Shown here piece after piece: positions 24,661 through 32,572 of a stretch of 40,442 nt of DNA (its first letter is position 1; each line of letters starts with the position of its first letter). This DNA is from a virus. The notes beneath the pieces were generated by a model. That model searched no databases, was not told where the DNA came from, and worked only from the letters and a program-made list of their open reading frames with translations. The stretch is from positions 1 through 40,442 of IMG/VR virus record IMGVR_UViG_3300031949_000092; one strand, written 5' to 3'. A program made the position numbers and the translations under genes.

Positions 24661-24894
24661 TTATTTTTGAGAGTTGGACTGATACTCTTTTTCCTTTCGT
24701 GATAGATATTTGTGTCTAACCATATAACGCTCAATTTCACTTTCCTTAAAACTCTCAATAGCGTTGTCTATTCGGACATAAACATCATAACTTGGTTCTC
24801 CATCATTTCGGTTGAGTGGCCTTTCCCAACATTTAACAACTACCCCTATATTTTTTTCTCTTACTACAACCATGTCTGCAAAAGTAAATTTCAT
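24661..24894 (-). CDS. Hypothetical protein
   Basis: 77-aa ORF. Confidence 0.55.
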   Translation of the reverse strand: MKFTFADMVVVREKNIGVVVKCWERPLNRNDGEPSYDVYVRIDNAIESFKESEIERYMVRHKYLSRKEKEYQSNSQK

Positions 24895-24900
24895 ATTCTT

Positions 24901-25143
24901 TTATTTTTGAGAGTTAAAAATGCGTTCTATAGCATCTTCCACTAATTCATTATTGTTAGATTTAAACCATTTCCGAAATTCTTTTAAGAATGATTGGCGT
25001 TGTTGTTTTAAGAGTTGGGAGATGAAAGATTTAACTTCTTCATCGGCAAAATAGTAAACACCATTTGTGGCAATTTCTAATTTACCGAAATACTTTTTAT
25101 CAAACCTCTTAATCCACCCTTTATTTATTTGTTTTTTGGGCAT
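24901..25143 (-). CDS. Hypothetical protein
   Basis: 80-aa ORF. Confidence 0.55.
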   Translation of the reverse strand: MPKKQINKGWIKRFDKKYFGKLEIATNGVYYFADEEVKSFISQLLKQQRQSFLKEFRKWFKSNNNELVEDAIERIFNSQK

Positions 25144-25152
25144 TTAAGTAGT

Positions 25153-25401
25153 CTATAATTCTTTTTCTTTTAAACAATAAGCACAATAAACTGTTTCGAC
25201 ACCCCATCTTCCAGCCCACTCACCTTCATCTGGATTTTTATATCCACCTTTGGGTAGCCAAAAGTGTTTATGCCTTTTCTTTTGTACTTTATTCTTTTTC
25301 ATAAATCCCGATTCCCTTTCTCGTAAATAAATACTGCTAAGATTATGCCGATGGTTAGGCCAAAAAGGAAAAGTGTCATGCTTTAATTTTTGTGAAATCA
25401 T
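25153..25401 (-). CDS. Hypothetical protein (start uncertain)
   Basis: 82-aa ORF. An alternative ATG at 25302 gives a 49-aa basic, Cys-containing protein. Confidence 0.45.
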   Translation of the reverse strand: MISQKLKHDTFPFWPNHRHNLSSIYLRERESGFMKKNKVQKKRHKHFWLPKGGYKNPDEGEWAGRWGVETVYCAYCLKEKEL

Positions 25402-25552
25402 TAATAGCCTCTTGGTAAAGATGTATCATTGCGTTTTGGACGGGCTTTTCTAAGTCAGCGAAGTTAAACCCGTGCAGTTTACAGGTATCTATAATTGTTT
25501 CTAATGATTCTTCTGTTATTTCCTTCTTTTCTTTTTCAGTTAATAGTTTCAT
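25376..25552 (-). CDS. 58-aa acidic protein, not in the ORF track
   Basis: The open frame checked clean from the ATG at 25552 to the TGA at 25378-25376. Confidence 0.45.
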   Translation of the reverse strand: MKLLTEKEKKEITEESLETIIDTCKLHGFNFADLEKPVQNAMIHLYQEAINDFTKIKA

Positions 25553-25564
25553 TTTCTAAATAAA

Positions 25565-25711
25565 TTAAACCGTTGTCCTCCAATATCTAGGCTTCTCTAT
25601 CTTTACCGGATTAACTGAATACTTTTTATTAAGGTATTCCGTGTAGTGCCTAGTACAGTAGCCTATGTATTTGAGTGCTTTTGTTTTGCAACCTGTTTTT
25701 TTACAGTTCAT
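25565..25711 (-). CDS. 48-aa Cys/His-rich protein, not in the ORF track
   Basis: ATG overlaps the end of the NinG-like gene. The sequence contains CKKTGC...CTRH. Confidence 0.4.
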   Translation of the reverse strand: MNCKKTGCKTKALKYIGYCTRHYTEYLNKKYSVNPVKIEKPRYWRTTV

Positions 25712-26072
25712 AGTTTTTTAAGATGGCTTCCAGCTCACCTCTTAATATCTCAAGTTGCCAAGTCTTTATGGGTGTAGCCGCCCTGAATGTCCGGTGCAAC
25801 TCATCATACTTATCTATACCGAACTTACCTATAAAGTAACTTGTCAAAGGGTGCGGGTCGTATTCGTGCAGGTAGTTGCAATTCCAGCATTGTGCGAAAC
25901 AGTTGTCTAAATCCCACCTAGTTGAATATGCTTGCCTTGTAAATAAATGCCCGCAACCTAATTTATCTTTACTCCCGCAAGTTGCGCAATTTTTATCCCT
26001 TGCTATGACTATCTCGCTTACGAGCTTGTCTAACTTTTTAATTAATCCTTTACGACTTATTTTTCTTGGCAT
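25701..26072 (-). CDS. NinG/Rap-like structure-specific nuclease
   Basis: CATCG...GCGHLF.R...RWDLDNCFAQCWNCN matches the NinG-family Cys/His pattern. Confidence 0.55.
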   Translation of the reverse strand: MPRKISRKGLIKKLDKLVSEIVIARDKNCATCGSKDKLGCGHLFTRQAYSTRWDLDNCFAQCWNCNYLHEYDPHPLTSYFIGKFGIDKYDELHRTFRAATPIKTWQLEILRGELEAILKNYEL

Positions 26073-26262
26073 GCTTTCTATAATACTTTTGTGTCGCTGA
26101 CATTAAGCCTCTGGAAACTTGAAATACTTTGCTTATCGGAATAAACACTTTGTCCTCGTCCCCTAAAATAACTAAATGTATTCCTTTAAGCTCGGTGTCC
26201 CAGTACATTTTACAGAATTGAGTGTGTTTAATTTGTACCAGCTCGGTATTTAGTGTTTTCAT
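26050..26262 (-). CDS. Hypothetical protein
   Basis: 70-aa ORF. Confidence 0.5.
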   Translation of the reverse strand: MKTLNTELVQIKHTQFCKMYWDTELKGIHLVILGDEDKVFIPISKVFQVSRGLMSATQKYYRKHAKKNKS

Positions 26263-26922
26263 TTAATAACTAGCAAGATTTTCACCTTGTATTTGGTCGG
26301 AATCTATATTCGGCTTTTTAAGCAAGTTATCTATGGTTTTTTTTGCTTGCGACATTGTTAAGTCGTTGAAACTATTAAGTTTGAAATAGCTTTTGACCAC
26401 TTTCTTTGCTTTTTCCGTTGTTAAGCCTTTTTGTTTAGCAACCGCAAATATCATTTTTCTTTGTCCCTCGCTTGCCGGCCTATCTATACCCATACCTTTT
26501 GTGACTTCCATTATCGGGTCGCTAGTTTCATCTTCAAATTTTCTAGCTGCAGGATAAGTTGCTTTCTTTATTTCATCTACACTTGCAACCGAATCTATTA
26601 CCCCTATACCCATCATTGCTAATGCACGGCCTACGGCGGAAGTTTCGCAGTTTTCCAGCGCCGCGGTCTTATTTACCATTCCCTCGCCCCACCTTGCTTG
26701 GGAGTGTCCGGTAAAGAATCTATTTTTGAAATCTATATTAGGAGTGACTTGGGCCTTAACTACTACCATTTCGGCTTCCGGGGTACTTATGAGTTTAGTT
26801 TTTATTGAGCCGTTTTTGTAGTTTTCATTGAAGTAAATTATCCTATCGGAAACCAATACATAACTTTTACCCTTAATGTTGATTGCTTTATTTTTAAGCG
26901 TCTTATCGGTCATATAATTCAC
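26263..26922 (-). CDS. Rad52/Sak-like single-strand annealing protein (candidate)
   Basis: ALENCETSAVGRALAMMGIG resembles the Rad52-type A..E.(T/S).A..RAL...G.G helix-hairpin motif. The gene sits next to the NinG-like nuclease. Confidence 0.45.
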   Translation of the reverse strand: MNYMTDKTLKNKAINIKGKSYVLVSDRIIYFNENYKNGSIKTKLISTPEAEMVVVKAQVTPNIDFKNRFFTGHSQARWGEGMVNKTAALENCETSAVGRALAMMGIGVIDSVASVDEIKKATYPAARKFEDETSDPIMEVTKGMGIDRPASEGQRKMIFAVAKQKGLTTEKAKKVVKSYFKLNSFNDLTMSQAKKTIDNLLKKPNIDSDQIQGENLASY

Positions 26923-26925
26923 CTC

Positions 26926-27510
26926 CTATTCTAATTTATCTATAAATGCTCCGCTTTTAAATGCGCTCCATGGTGAAAAGCTGCCCTTTTTATCACCTGC
27001 CGTGCCGTTGGCTCTGTCCCAAAGTATATAAGCACAATCTATGTTACCTTTATATTCAACTATCTCTTTTAAGCTGCAACCCTCTATTTTGTCCCAATGG
27101 GTAGAGTTTATTTGAGCAACACCGTAATCCACCGTGCGGTTTTCGTTGTAGGTATTTAGTGCGTCCTCTCTTAATCCCGATTCGCTTTTGAATATCGCTA
27201 AAGCTAAACGGTAATTCTCTATCCCGAATACCTCATAAACATATTTCTCAATATCGGTTTCTAGATCCTCCGGCGCCGGTATTGTTTCTATTATTTTAAT
27301 TATCTCTTGTGTTTCTATTTGTCTATCTTTTATCTCTATCGGCCTTTTAAGCTCTAAATTAACTACTTTATTGAATACAAGCTCGTGAGTAGCCCACCAA
27401 GTGTTTAGTGCCTTTAAAACGCTTGTAGTGAGTCCAGCGACTATAATTACAAGCCCTATAAAGGCTAATAAGTATGTTTTTTTGTTTATATGTATTTTAT
27501 GTTTTAACAT
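26926..27510 (-). CDS. Membrane-anchored lytic transglycosylase (SLT domain)
   Basis: An N-terminal TM segment is followed by FKSESGLRE...VDYGVAQINSTHW, the catalytic Glu-Ser and DYG.xQIN signature. Confidence 0.75.
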   Translation of the reverse strand: MLKHKIHINKKTYLLAFIGLVIIVAGLTTSVLKALNTWWATHELVFNKVVNLELKRPIEIKDRQIETQEIIKIIETIPAPEDLETDIEKYVYEVFGIENYRLALAIFKSESGLREDALNTYNENRTVDYGVAQINSTHWDKIEGCSLKEIVEYKGNIDCAYILWDRANGTAGDKKGSFSPWSAFKSGAFIDKLE

Positions 27511-27665
27511 GAGCCTTTTGCTTCAAATTGGTTATCGAGCCAAGTAGCATGCTTATCAAATTGTGTTATTCTTGCAGGTTGTTGTGAGTGGCAATTAAAA
27601 CACATATCAAACTTAACCGGATGCCAATACTTTTTACACTTAGAACAGAGTTTTTTATTTTCCAT
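27504..27665 (-). CDS. 53-aa zinc-ribbon protein, not in the ORF track
   Basis: Contains CSKC...CFNC. The open frame checked clean and overlaps the SLT start. Confidence 0.5.
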   Translation of the reverse strand: MENKKLCSKCKKYWHPVKFDMCFNCHSQQPARITQFDKHATWLDNQFEAKGSC

Positions 27666-27816
27666 GGTCTTTTAATTCGTCCAGCTTGCCGTCTAAAAAT
27701 GCTTGGAATAAGTCGTTGGCTATGTAGTTTATTACCACCCTGTCGTCAAGGTCTTTCCACTTTCTTATAAGTTCCAATAGCCCTTTGGCTTGTTTTGTAA
27801 AGTCTTTATTTGTCAT
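27655..27816 (-). CDS. 53-aa hypothetical protein, not in the ORF track
   Basis: The open frame checked clean and overlaps both neighbouring genes. Confidence 0.45.
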   Translation of the reverse strand: MTNKDFTKQAKGLLELIRKWKDLDDRVVINYIANDLFQAFLDGKLDELKDHGK

Positions 27817-27973
27817 GTTGTCTTAAAAAAGTAGGAATGTCGGTTTTAGCTATTAAGTACTTTCTGCCGGCTTTTTGGAAAGGAAGCTTGCCGGCTTTAA
27901 CCCAGCGCCTTACAGTCATTGCGCTTACACGCATAATGTCAGCCGCTTCTCTAAGTGTGAGATAACCATTCAT
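27806..27973 (-). CDS. Xis/AlpA/MerR-type HTH DNA-binding protein (55 aa), not in the ORF track
   Basis: LTLREAADIMRVSAMTVRRWVKAGKLP..K.GRKYLI is the HTH_17/excisionase-like signature. A full promoter abuts its ATG. Confidence 0.7.
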   Translation of the reverse strand: MNGYLTLREAADIMRVSAMTVRRWVKAGKLPFQKAGRKYLIAKTDIPTFLRQHDK

Positions 27974-28009
27974 TACTTTATATATACACTAGTATATTTT
28001 ACTTGTCAA
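27974..28009 (-). promoter_or_regulatory. Consensus-like promoter TTGACA-N17-TATATA ending 7 nt from the ATG
   Basis: -35 at 28009-28004 and -10 at 27986-27981, followed by TAAAGTA and then the ATG at 27973. Confidence 0.7.
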
Positions 28010-28209
28010 GGGGATGTTTTTAATTTGCGTTTTTCGCGTATATCTTTCTTTTTTAAATAGTAATAATCTTTCCGGTGCTCACCTTTGCAAAACATGGAAT
28101 TCTTTTCCGAAAGTGGTACCGACTTTAAACAAAAAGCACATATCCTTCTTAGTGCTTGCCAATGTTTTTCAATTGAAGTTTTAGCTAACATATTTATCGC
28201 TTGACACAC
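28006..28209 (-). CDS. Cys-rich hypothetical protein (start uncertain)
   Basis: The track ORF starts at a GTG. The ATG at 28191 (MLAKTS...) is more plausible. Confidence 0.5.
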   Translation of the reverse strand: MCQAINMLAKTSIEKHWQALRRICAFCLKSVPLSEKNSMFCKGEHRKDYYYLKKKDIREKRKLKTSP

Positions 28210-28260
28210 ACGGGACCCGTTTGTTATTTTAGAGCCAACGAGTCGCTAAGCTTTTGAACC

Positions 28261-28428
28261 TCATATTATATTCACGGTGTAAAGCCTCATGGATGCTCTA
28301 ACTTCGGATTCGGTTTTAAACGCAACCAAACTATTGGATGTTAATTGTGGTACGGCTAAACCTTTTAATGTATGCCAGAATCCTTTTAAGTAAGTAGTTT
28401 CTTCTTTTGGTGTGAATTTATTCGGCAT
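28261..28428 (-). CDS. 55-aa hypothetical protein, not in the ORF track
   Basis: The open frame checked clean from the ATG at 28428 to the TGA at 28263-28261. Confidence 0.4.
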   Translation of the reverse strand: MPNKFTPKEETTYLKGFWHTLKGLAVPQLTSNSLVAFKTESEVRASMRLYTVNII

Positions 28429-28439
28429 GAAGTTTACTT

Positions 28440-28694
28440 TTAAGTGCGCAGTATCAACTCTCCAAATACTTCCTCTATGTCTAAGTTGTAGATATCCATG
28501 CTTAATTCAAAATCTAGGTCTTGTTCCATGAACCAATCTATTAAATTATTTTCTTTCAATAAATCGTTGATTGCCTTAATTCCTCTTGTATGTTCTTTGT
28601 GTCCTTTGTTTTTTAATAGCCAGTTAAATATTTCGATGGTTTTATCTTTTGCTTGGGCTTGTTCGCTTGTGGGCAGTTCTAGTTGCTGGCTCAT
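28440..28694 (-). CDS. Hypothetical acidic protein
   Basis: 84-aa ORF with a 4-nt overlap with the upstream gene. Confidence 0.55.
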   Translation of the reverse strand: MSQQLELPTSEQAQAKDKTIEIFNWLLKNKGHKEHTRGIKAINDLLKENNLIDWFMEQDLDFELSMDIYNLDIEEVFGELILRT

Positions 28695-28969
28695 AAGTAA
28701 TTCTCAATTATTGAATACCAAGTGATATTCTTGCCTCCAGGAAGCATACTTAAATCGGGGTATTTCTTGTAGAAAAGAATTGCTCTTAATATGTTCTCCT
28801 CGCTTCGCTCAATCTCGTAAGCTAACCTTTTAATGTTTTTTAAAGTAAAGCTCTCCTCTTCATTTAATGTCTTACCCAATTCCCACCAACCCTCAATCTC
28901 GGCCCAATTTTTAGCAAAAGTATGTTCTACCACTATTGCTTTGCATTCTTCTATAAAGTTAGTTTTCAT
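28691..28969 (-). CDS. Hypothetical protein
   Basis: 92-aa ORF with 4-nt overlaps on both sides. Confidence 0.55.
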   Translation of the reverse strand: MKTNFIEECKAIVVEHTFAKNWAEIEGWWELGKTLNEEESFTLKNIKRLAYEIERSEENILRAILFYKKYPDLSMLPGGKNITWYSIIENYL

Positions 28970-30411
28970 AGAAAGGGAGTTTCCGTGCCTGAATCCTCTG
29001 ACATGTCTGACGATACTGACGCTGAATCCGCCTCGACCCTCACCTCTTCATCTTCAAACCCATATATAAGTTTTAGCTTTGATATTAACTCACTATCATA
29101 AAAAACACCTCTTTTAGTCCCATCTGAACTTCTTTTAGAAGTAAAGCCTATTGCTTTAGTAATTCTACCTATGCTCCTACCGTCTAAGTGCAAATTTTCT
29201 CTCTTACCCTCGTTATACATAGAACTAATAGTTTCAAATGGCAACATAGAAGTACCTTGTTCGACCATTGCTTCTGAATTTAATATTATTTGTAGTATCT
29301 GTGCTTCAAAAGAATCCATTGCTGTTTCTTTCTTTTGTCCTTTAATTAACTTTTTAAGTTCTCTATAATTTTTTTCTACTGAAGGAAATAGAGTTTTAAT
29401 CATTCTTAAATATCCTATTAACATATCTTCTAATCTACCAGTTTCTTCTTTTGGAGTTTTATTAAATTTTTGATTTATATGGGCAAACCTCATGCCTAAT
29501 AACTTTTCCTTTAAATATAATGCTTCTTCTGCTGTTGGCTCAGATAAAAATAATTTAGTAGATGGCTTCATTTCTAAGGTTATCGTTCTTGAGGAACCTA
29601 CATCATCTATCATTCTATTGCTTGTAACTACTGTCGGGCCAAAGACTTCAAATCTAACTGTATCTCTAAATGCGCCCTTTTCAGGAAACAATACTCTTGA
29701 GGCTACAACTCCTTTTTCAGCTCTTCCATAAACCAAATCCTCTGATTGTGCATTAGCCAGCTTTTTGGCAAAGTTCTTTACATCAAATAATAAAGTAGCT
29801 TTATGGTCTCTTCCCCATCTTATTAAATTAGCTTCTCTTAGCGTCTCAGTCATAACTCCACGTCTAGCTATATATATTAAACCCTTAGCGGTTCTCGTTT
29901 TTCCTCTTTCTCGGTCTGCAAAGAAGTAAATAATTGGAGAGAATATAAATTTCTCTATTAAATAAGTATGGAAATCCCATAAAGCTAATAAATCATAATA
30001 TAAGTTATCCGGTAATTCAGATATATCTTTATGATATTTAACCAATTCTTTATATATTTTAAGGCAGTAAGAACAACCTACCCTCGCACGGGTTTTATCG
30101 TCAGTATCGTCAGTAACGTCGTGAAGTTTAGCCTCAGCAACAATTTTTTCATACTCCGGTACTAAATAGTCCAAATCCTCTTTATAAGGAGGGTTATAAA
30201 CTTTATCCTCTATAACTACTTTTTCTAAAACTTTACCGTCAATCATCAAAAACTTGAGTTCTTCACTATTTCTTACTAAATCACACAAACCATCAAAGTT
30301 TGCAGTAAAATAAACTTTTTCTTTCGGTTTACTCTTAGACTTCTTTTTAATACTTTCAGCAGTCATTTCACCAACAGACATTTCTTTTTCTAGTTTTTCT
30401 AGTTTATCCAT
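28966..30411 (-). CDS. Putative replication initiator / P-loop NTPase (primase-helicase-associated type)
   Basis: 481 aa, the largest early gene. It has a degenerate Walker-A-like DRERGKTRTAKG and an acidic C-terminal tail. The assignment is tentative. Confidence 0.35.
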   Translation of the reverse strand: MDKLEKLEKEMSVGEMTAESIKKKSKSKPKEKVYFTANFDGLCDLVRNSEELKFLMIDGKVLEKVVIEDKVYNPPYKEDLDYLVPEYEKIVAEAKLHDVTDDTDDKTRARVGCSYCLKIYKELVKYHKDISELPDNLYYDLLALWDFHTYLIEKFIFSPIIYFFADRERGKTRTAKGLIYIARRGVMTETLREANLIRWGRDHKATLLFDVKNFAKKLANAQSEDLVYGRAEKGVVASRVLFPEKGAFRDTVRFEVFGPTVVTSNRMIDDVGSSRTITLEMKPSTKLFLSEPTAEEALYLKEKLLGMRFAHINQKFNKTPKEETGRLEDMLIGYLRMIKTLFPSVEKNYRELKKLIKGQKKETAMDSFEAQILQIILNSEAMVEQGTSMLPFETISSMYNEGKRENLHLDGRSIGRITKAIGFTSKRSSDGTKRGVFYDSELISKLKLIYGFEDEEVRVEADSASVSSDMSEDSGTETPFL

Positions 30412-30601
30412 TTAAGTATTTATTCGCTCTTTTGAGATATTTAAGTGCAATCTTGTGATACTTCTTATGTTTAAGTCTGCATATTTGCCAGTCTATATTT
30501 TCGTGCTTAAATTCCCAAGAATTAATTAACCAATCAATAGACTTATCAAGGTTAAATTTAAACCTCTCAAAATTAATATAAAAATCACTAGGGATTGCCA
30601 T
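30404..30601 (-). CDS. Hypothetical protein
   Basis: 65-aa ORF. Confidence 0.5.
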   Translation of the reverse strand: MAIPSDFYINFERFKFNLDKSIDWLINSWEFKHENIDWQICRLKHKKYHKIALKYLKRANKYLNG

Positions 30602-30821
30602 CTTTATATTGTTTTCTAAGTTCTTTTATCTCTTGAAGAATATCCTCGACATCTAAAGCCATGGCAAGATAAATTTTAGTTAGCTGAAGTTCGTTCTCCG
30701 GAGTTCCTACCGGGAATCTCTCTTGTGCCTCGCGAATAGTCCAAGTAATCTGGTCAAGACGCTTATATTGACTGCGGAGTCTGTAAAGAAGTTCAATGTC
30801 TACTTTCTCATTCTTACTCAT
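30588..30821 (-). CDS. First early gene, hypothetical
   Basis: 77-aa ORF immediately downstream of the early promoter. Confidence 0.6.
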   Translation of the reverse strand: MSKNEKVDIELLYRLRSQYKRLDQITWTIREAQERFPVGTPENELQLTKIYLAMALDVEDILQEIKELRKQYKDGNP

Positions 30822-30832
30822 ATCTAACCTTT

Positions 30833-30861
30833 AATTTATAGACTTCTTTAAGCCCAGTCAA
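30833..30861 (-). promoter_or_regulatory. Early promoter TTGACT-N17-TAAATT (or N15-TATAAA)
   Basis: -35 at 30861-30856 and -10 at 30838-30833, with the ATG 11 nt downstream. Confidence 0.55.
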
Positions 30862-30988
30862 CTAGCAACTTCTATATCATATCCTTGACAAACTTTCCTA
30901 TATAAGTAAAACTTAAAAAAGCCAATCTTGTAGAAATATTTACTAATGATTATTAGTTAAGTAAAGTACAACTCGAAAGGAAATAGAA

Positions 30989-31023
30989 ACACCCCGGGAT
31001 AACGACTGCGGGGTGTTTTTTTT
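30989..31023. terminator. Strong hairpin terminator at the late/early boundary (A-run / 8-bp GC stem / T-run)
   Basis: ACACCCCG-(12-nt loop)-CGGGGTGT, flanked by T8 on the plus strand. On the minus strand it is followed by TTCTATTTCC. Confidence 0.8.
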
Positions 31024-31032
31024 GTTAAAGGA

Positions 31033-31257
31033 TTAACCTCTAAGTTTGCGGAGGTAATCCAAAACAGTATTTATAAGGTAAAGGAATATTCCTCCTACTA
31101 CCTCTCGGCTTGGTGCAAAGTCGCTCCATTCAAATCCGTCGCCTTGTATGTTTGCCTGCACAAAAATAAGGTAAAGCACTCCAAGCGGTGCTAAAAAGAT
31201 TAAAGCATTATTTAACCATTTTGACCAATCCTTTTTGTTTTCTAATAAAACCTGCAT
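31033..31257 (-). CDS. Holin candidate (two TM segments)
   Basis: 74 aa with hydrophobic segments ALIFLAPLGVLYLIFV and VVGGIFLYLINTVL and a basic C-terminus. GAGGTGA lies 6 nt upstream of the ATG. It is the last gene before the terminator. Confidence 0.6.
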   Translation of the reverse strand: MQVLLENKKDWSKWLNNALIFLAPLGVLYLIFVQANIQGDGFEWSDFAPSREVVGGIFLYLINTVLDYLRKLRG

Positions 31258-31273
31258 TGTGAATCACCTCGAT

Positions 31274-31471
31274 TCAAAGTCTTCCGACTCTCAGAATCAA
31301 CGCCAAAAGCAAACTTGTAAAACTTATCAATTCTAGTATCCATGCGGTCCTCTCCATTTTATTTTTTGGTATTTTTGTTAAATGATTTGTAAACTTGGCA
31401 ATACTAAGCCTAACTTGCCTTACCAACTTCGCAAGCTCGTCCTCTACCGGATATTTACTTTGGTTTCCCAA
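31274..31471 (-). CDS. Small tail-anchored membrane protein (lysis accessory candidate; TTG start uncertain)
   Basis: C-terminal TM segment WILELISFTSLLLALIL. It sits between the endolysin and the holin. Confidence 0.4.
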   Translation of the reverse strand: MGNQSKYPVEDELAKLVRQVRLSIAKFTNHLTKIPKNKMERTAWILELISFTSLLLALILRVGRL

Positions 31472-31479
31472 ATTAAAGC

Positions 31480-32250
31480 CTATTTCTCAAACGTCTTATA
31501 AAGTCTGAAAAATAGCTTGGATAGGGAGTTGGTTTGCGGAGGTTCGTTGGAGATTATAGATTTTTTTAATGTCTTGATTTCTTCTTCAAGTTTTCCTCTA
31601 CTCTCCTCAAGCGTTGAAACGGACTTCTCAAGATCCGTAGTTTTATCAGTAAGTGTTTTAACGCTTTCAGCAAGGTTTTTTACATCACGGGCTTGGTCAA
31701 ACAAAGTTGACTTGACTGCTCCAAATTCCATTGTTCCGAAGTTAATTCCATCTCGTTCTCCTATTTCTAACTTAGTTTTATCCGTAATCACGTTGTCGTC
31801 AATTATAACACTTTCCTCTAATTTAGGCTCAAGCCAACCAACTATATTTGTATAATCATGGGATTGTAAATGAGCCTGCCTACCATTCCAATTCTGGTCA
31901 AATCCTGTAAAAGCATTTACATCTCCTGATATGAAAATATCGATATGTCCAAATCCACCACCTACGCTTGTATTCCAAATTGGTACGTCACCTTTCTTGG
32001 GTGTGTTTGTTAAAGTGTTTGGTATTTTATTGAAAATTGTTGATAACGGGTTAGGAAAGTTCGCCCAATAGCCGTAGGCCGAATTAGAGCCGCTAGGGGG
32101 AGCCGTAATACCAAATACCCCATCTATATATAGTTTGACTATGCTAAGGCATTCTCCGCTGTAACTGGAGTCCGTGGGATAGCCTTTTGTCTTGCCCTGA
32201 TAGTCATTGATAAATCTGTCTACTTTTTCTGATAGTTCTTCTCTTGTCAT
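31480..32250 (-). CDS. CHAP-domain endolysin with a C-terminal coiled coil
   Basis: The Cys motif (SGECLSIVKLY), His motif (GFGHIDIFISG) and FDQNWNG fit the CHAP Cys-His-Asn arrangement. Confidence 0.8.
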   Translation of the reverse strand: MTREELSEKVDRFINDYQGKTKGYPTDSSYSGECLSIVKLYIDGVFGITAPPSGSNSAYGYWANFPNPLSTIFNKIPNTLTNTPKKGDVPIWNTSVGGGFGHIDIFISGDVNAFTGFDQNWNGRQAHLQSHDYTNIVGWLEPKLEESVIIDDNVITDKTKLEIGERDGINFGTMEFGAVKSTLFDQARDVKNLAESVKTLTDKTTDLEKSVSTLEESRGKLEEEIKTLKKSIISNEPPQTNSLSKLFFRLYKTFEK

Positions 32251-32567
32251 GTAAGTAAATCAATAATAGTCTTTAACTGCGAGAGCAGGAATCCTATTCC
32301 AATTGCACCTGCCAATAAGAATTTCCAAAGCCTTTTAGTCTCCTTCATCCAAACAAACATTTGGTCGTGTTCTTTAAGTCTTCTGTCCGGGTCGGAAACT
32401 GTTACCAGCTTTTCGTAGCCATTCATCCGCAGTTCAAGTGCCGTCATTCTGGTTCCAAGGCCGTCTTTTAGGTCTTTAATGTCTAAAGAAAGACGGTCAA
32501 CCTTGGCATCCACACGAATTAACACGTCGTGGTCTACCTGTCGTCTTTGGTCTATTGTCATTGACAT
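32247..32567 (-). CDS. Coiled-coil protein with a C-terminal TM anchor
   Basis: 106 aa with the TM segment FLLAGAIGIGFLLSQL, adjacent to the endolysin. Confidence 0.55.
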   Translation of the reverse strand: MSMTIDQRRQVDHDVLIRVDAKVDRLSLDIKDLKDGLGTRMTALELRMNGYEKLVTVSDPDRRLKEHDQMFVWMKETKRLWKFLLAGAIGIGFLLSQLKTIIDLLT

Positions 32568-32572
32568 ATCAT

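Noticed and set aside
27806-27973. The Xis-like HTH as evidence of a temperate, integrating lifestyle
   Set aside because: No integrase, recombinase, repressor of the CI type, or attachment-site repeats were found. The HTH_17 fold is also common in plain transcription regulators.
30885-30913. A plus-strand promoter TTGACA-N16/17-TAAAAC driving a small RNA
   Set aside because: The -10 is poor (it lacks the conserved final T or the first T) and there is no extended -10. It is reported only as a low-confidence possibility within the boundary-region finding, not as a feature.
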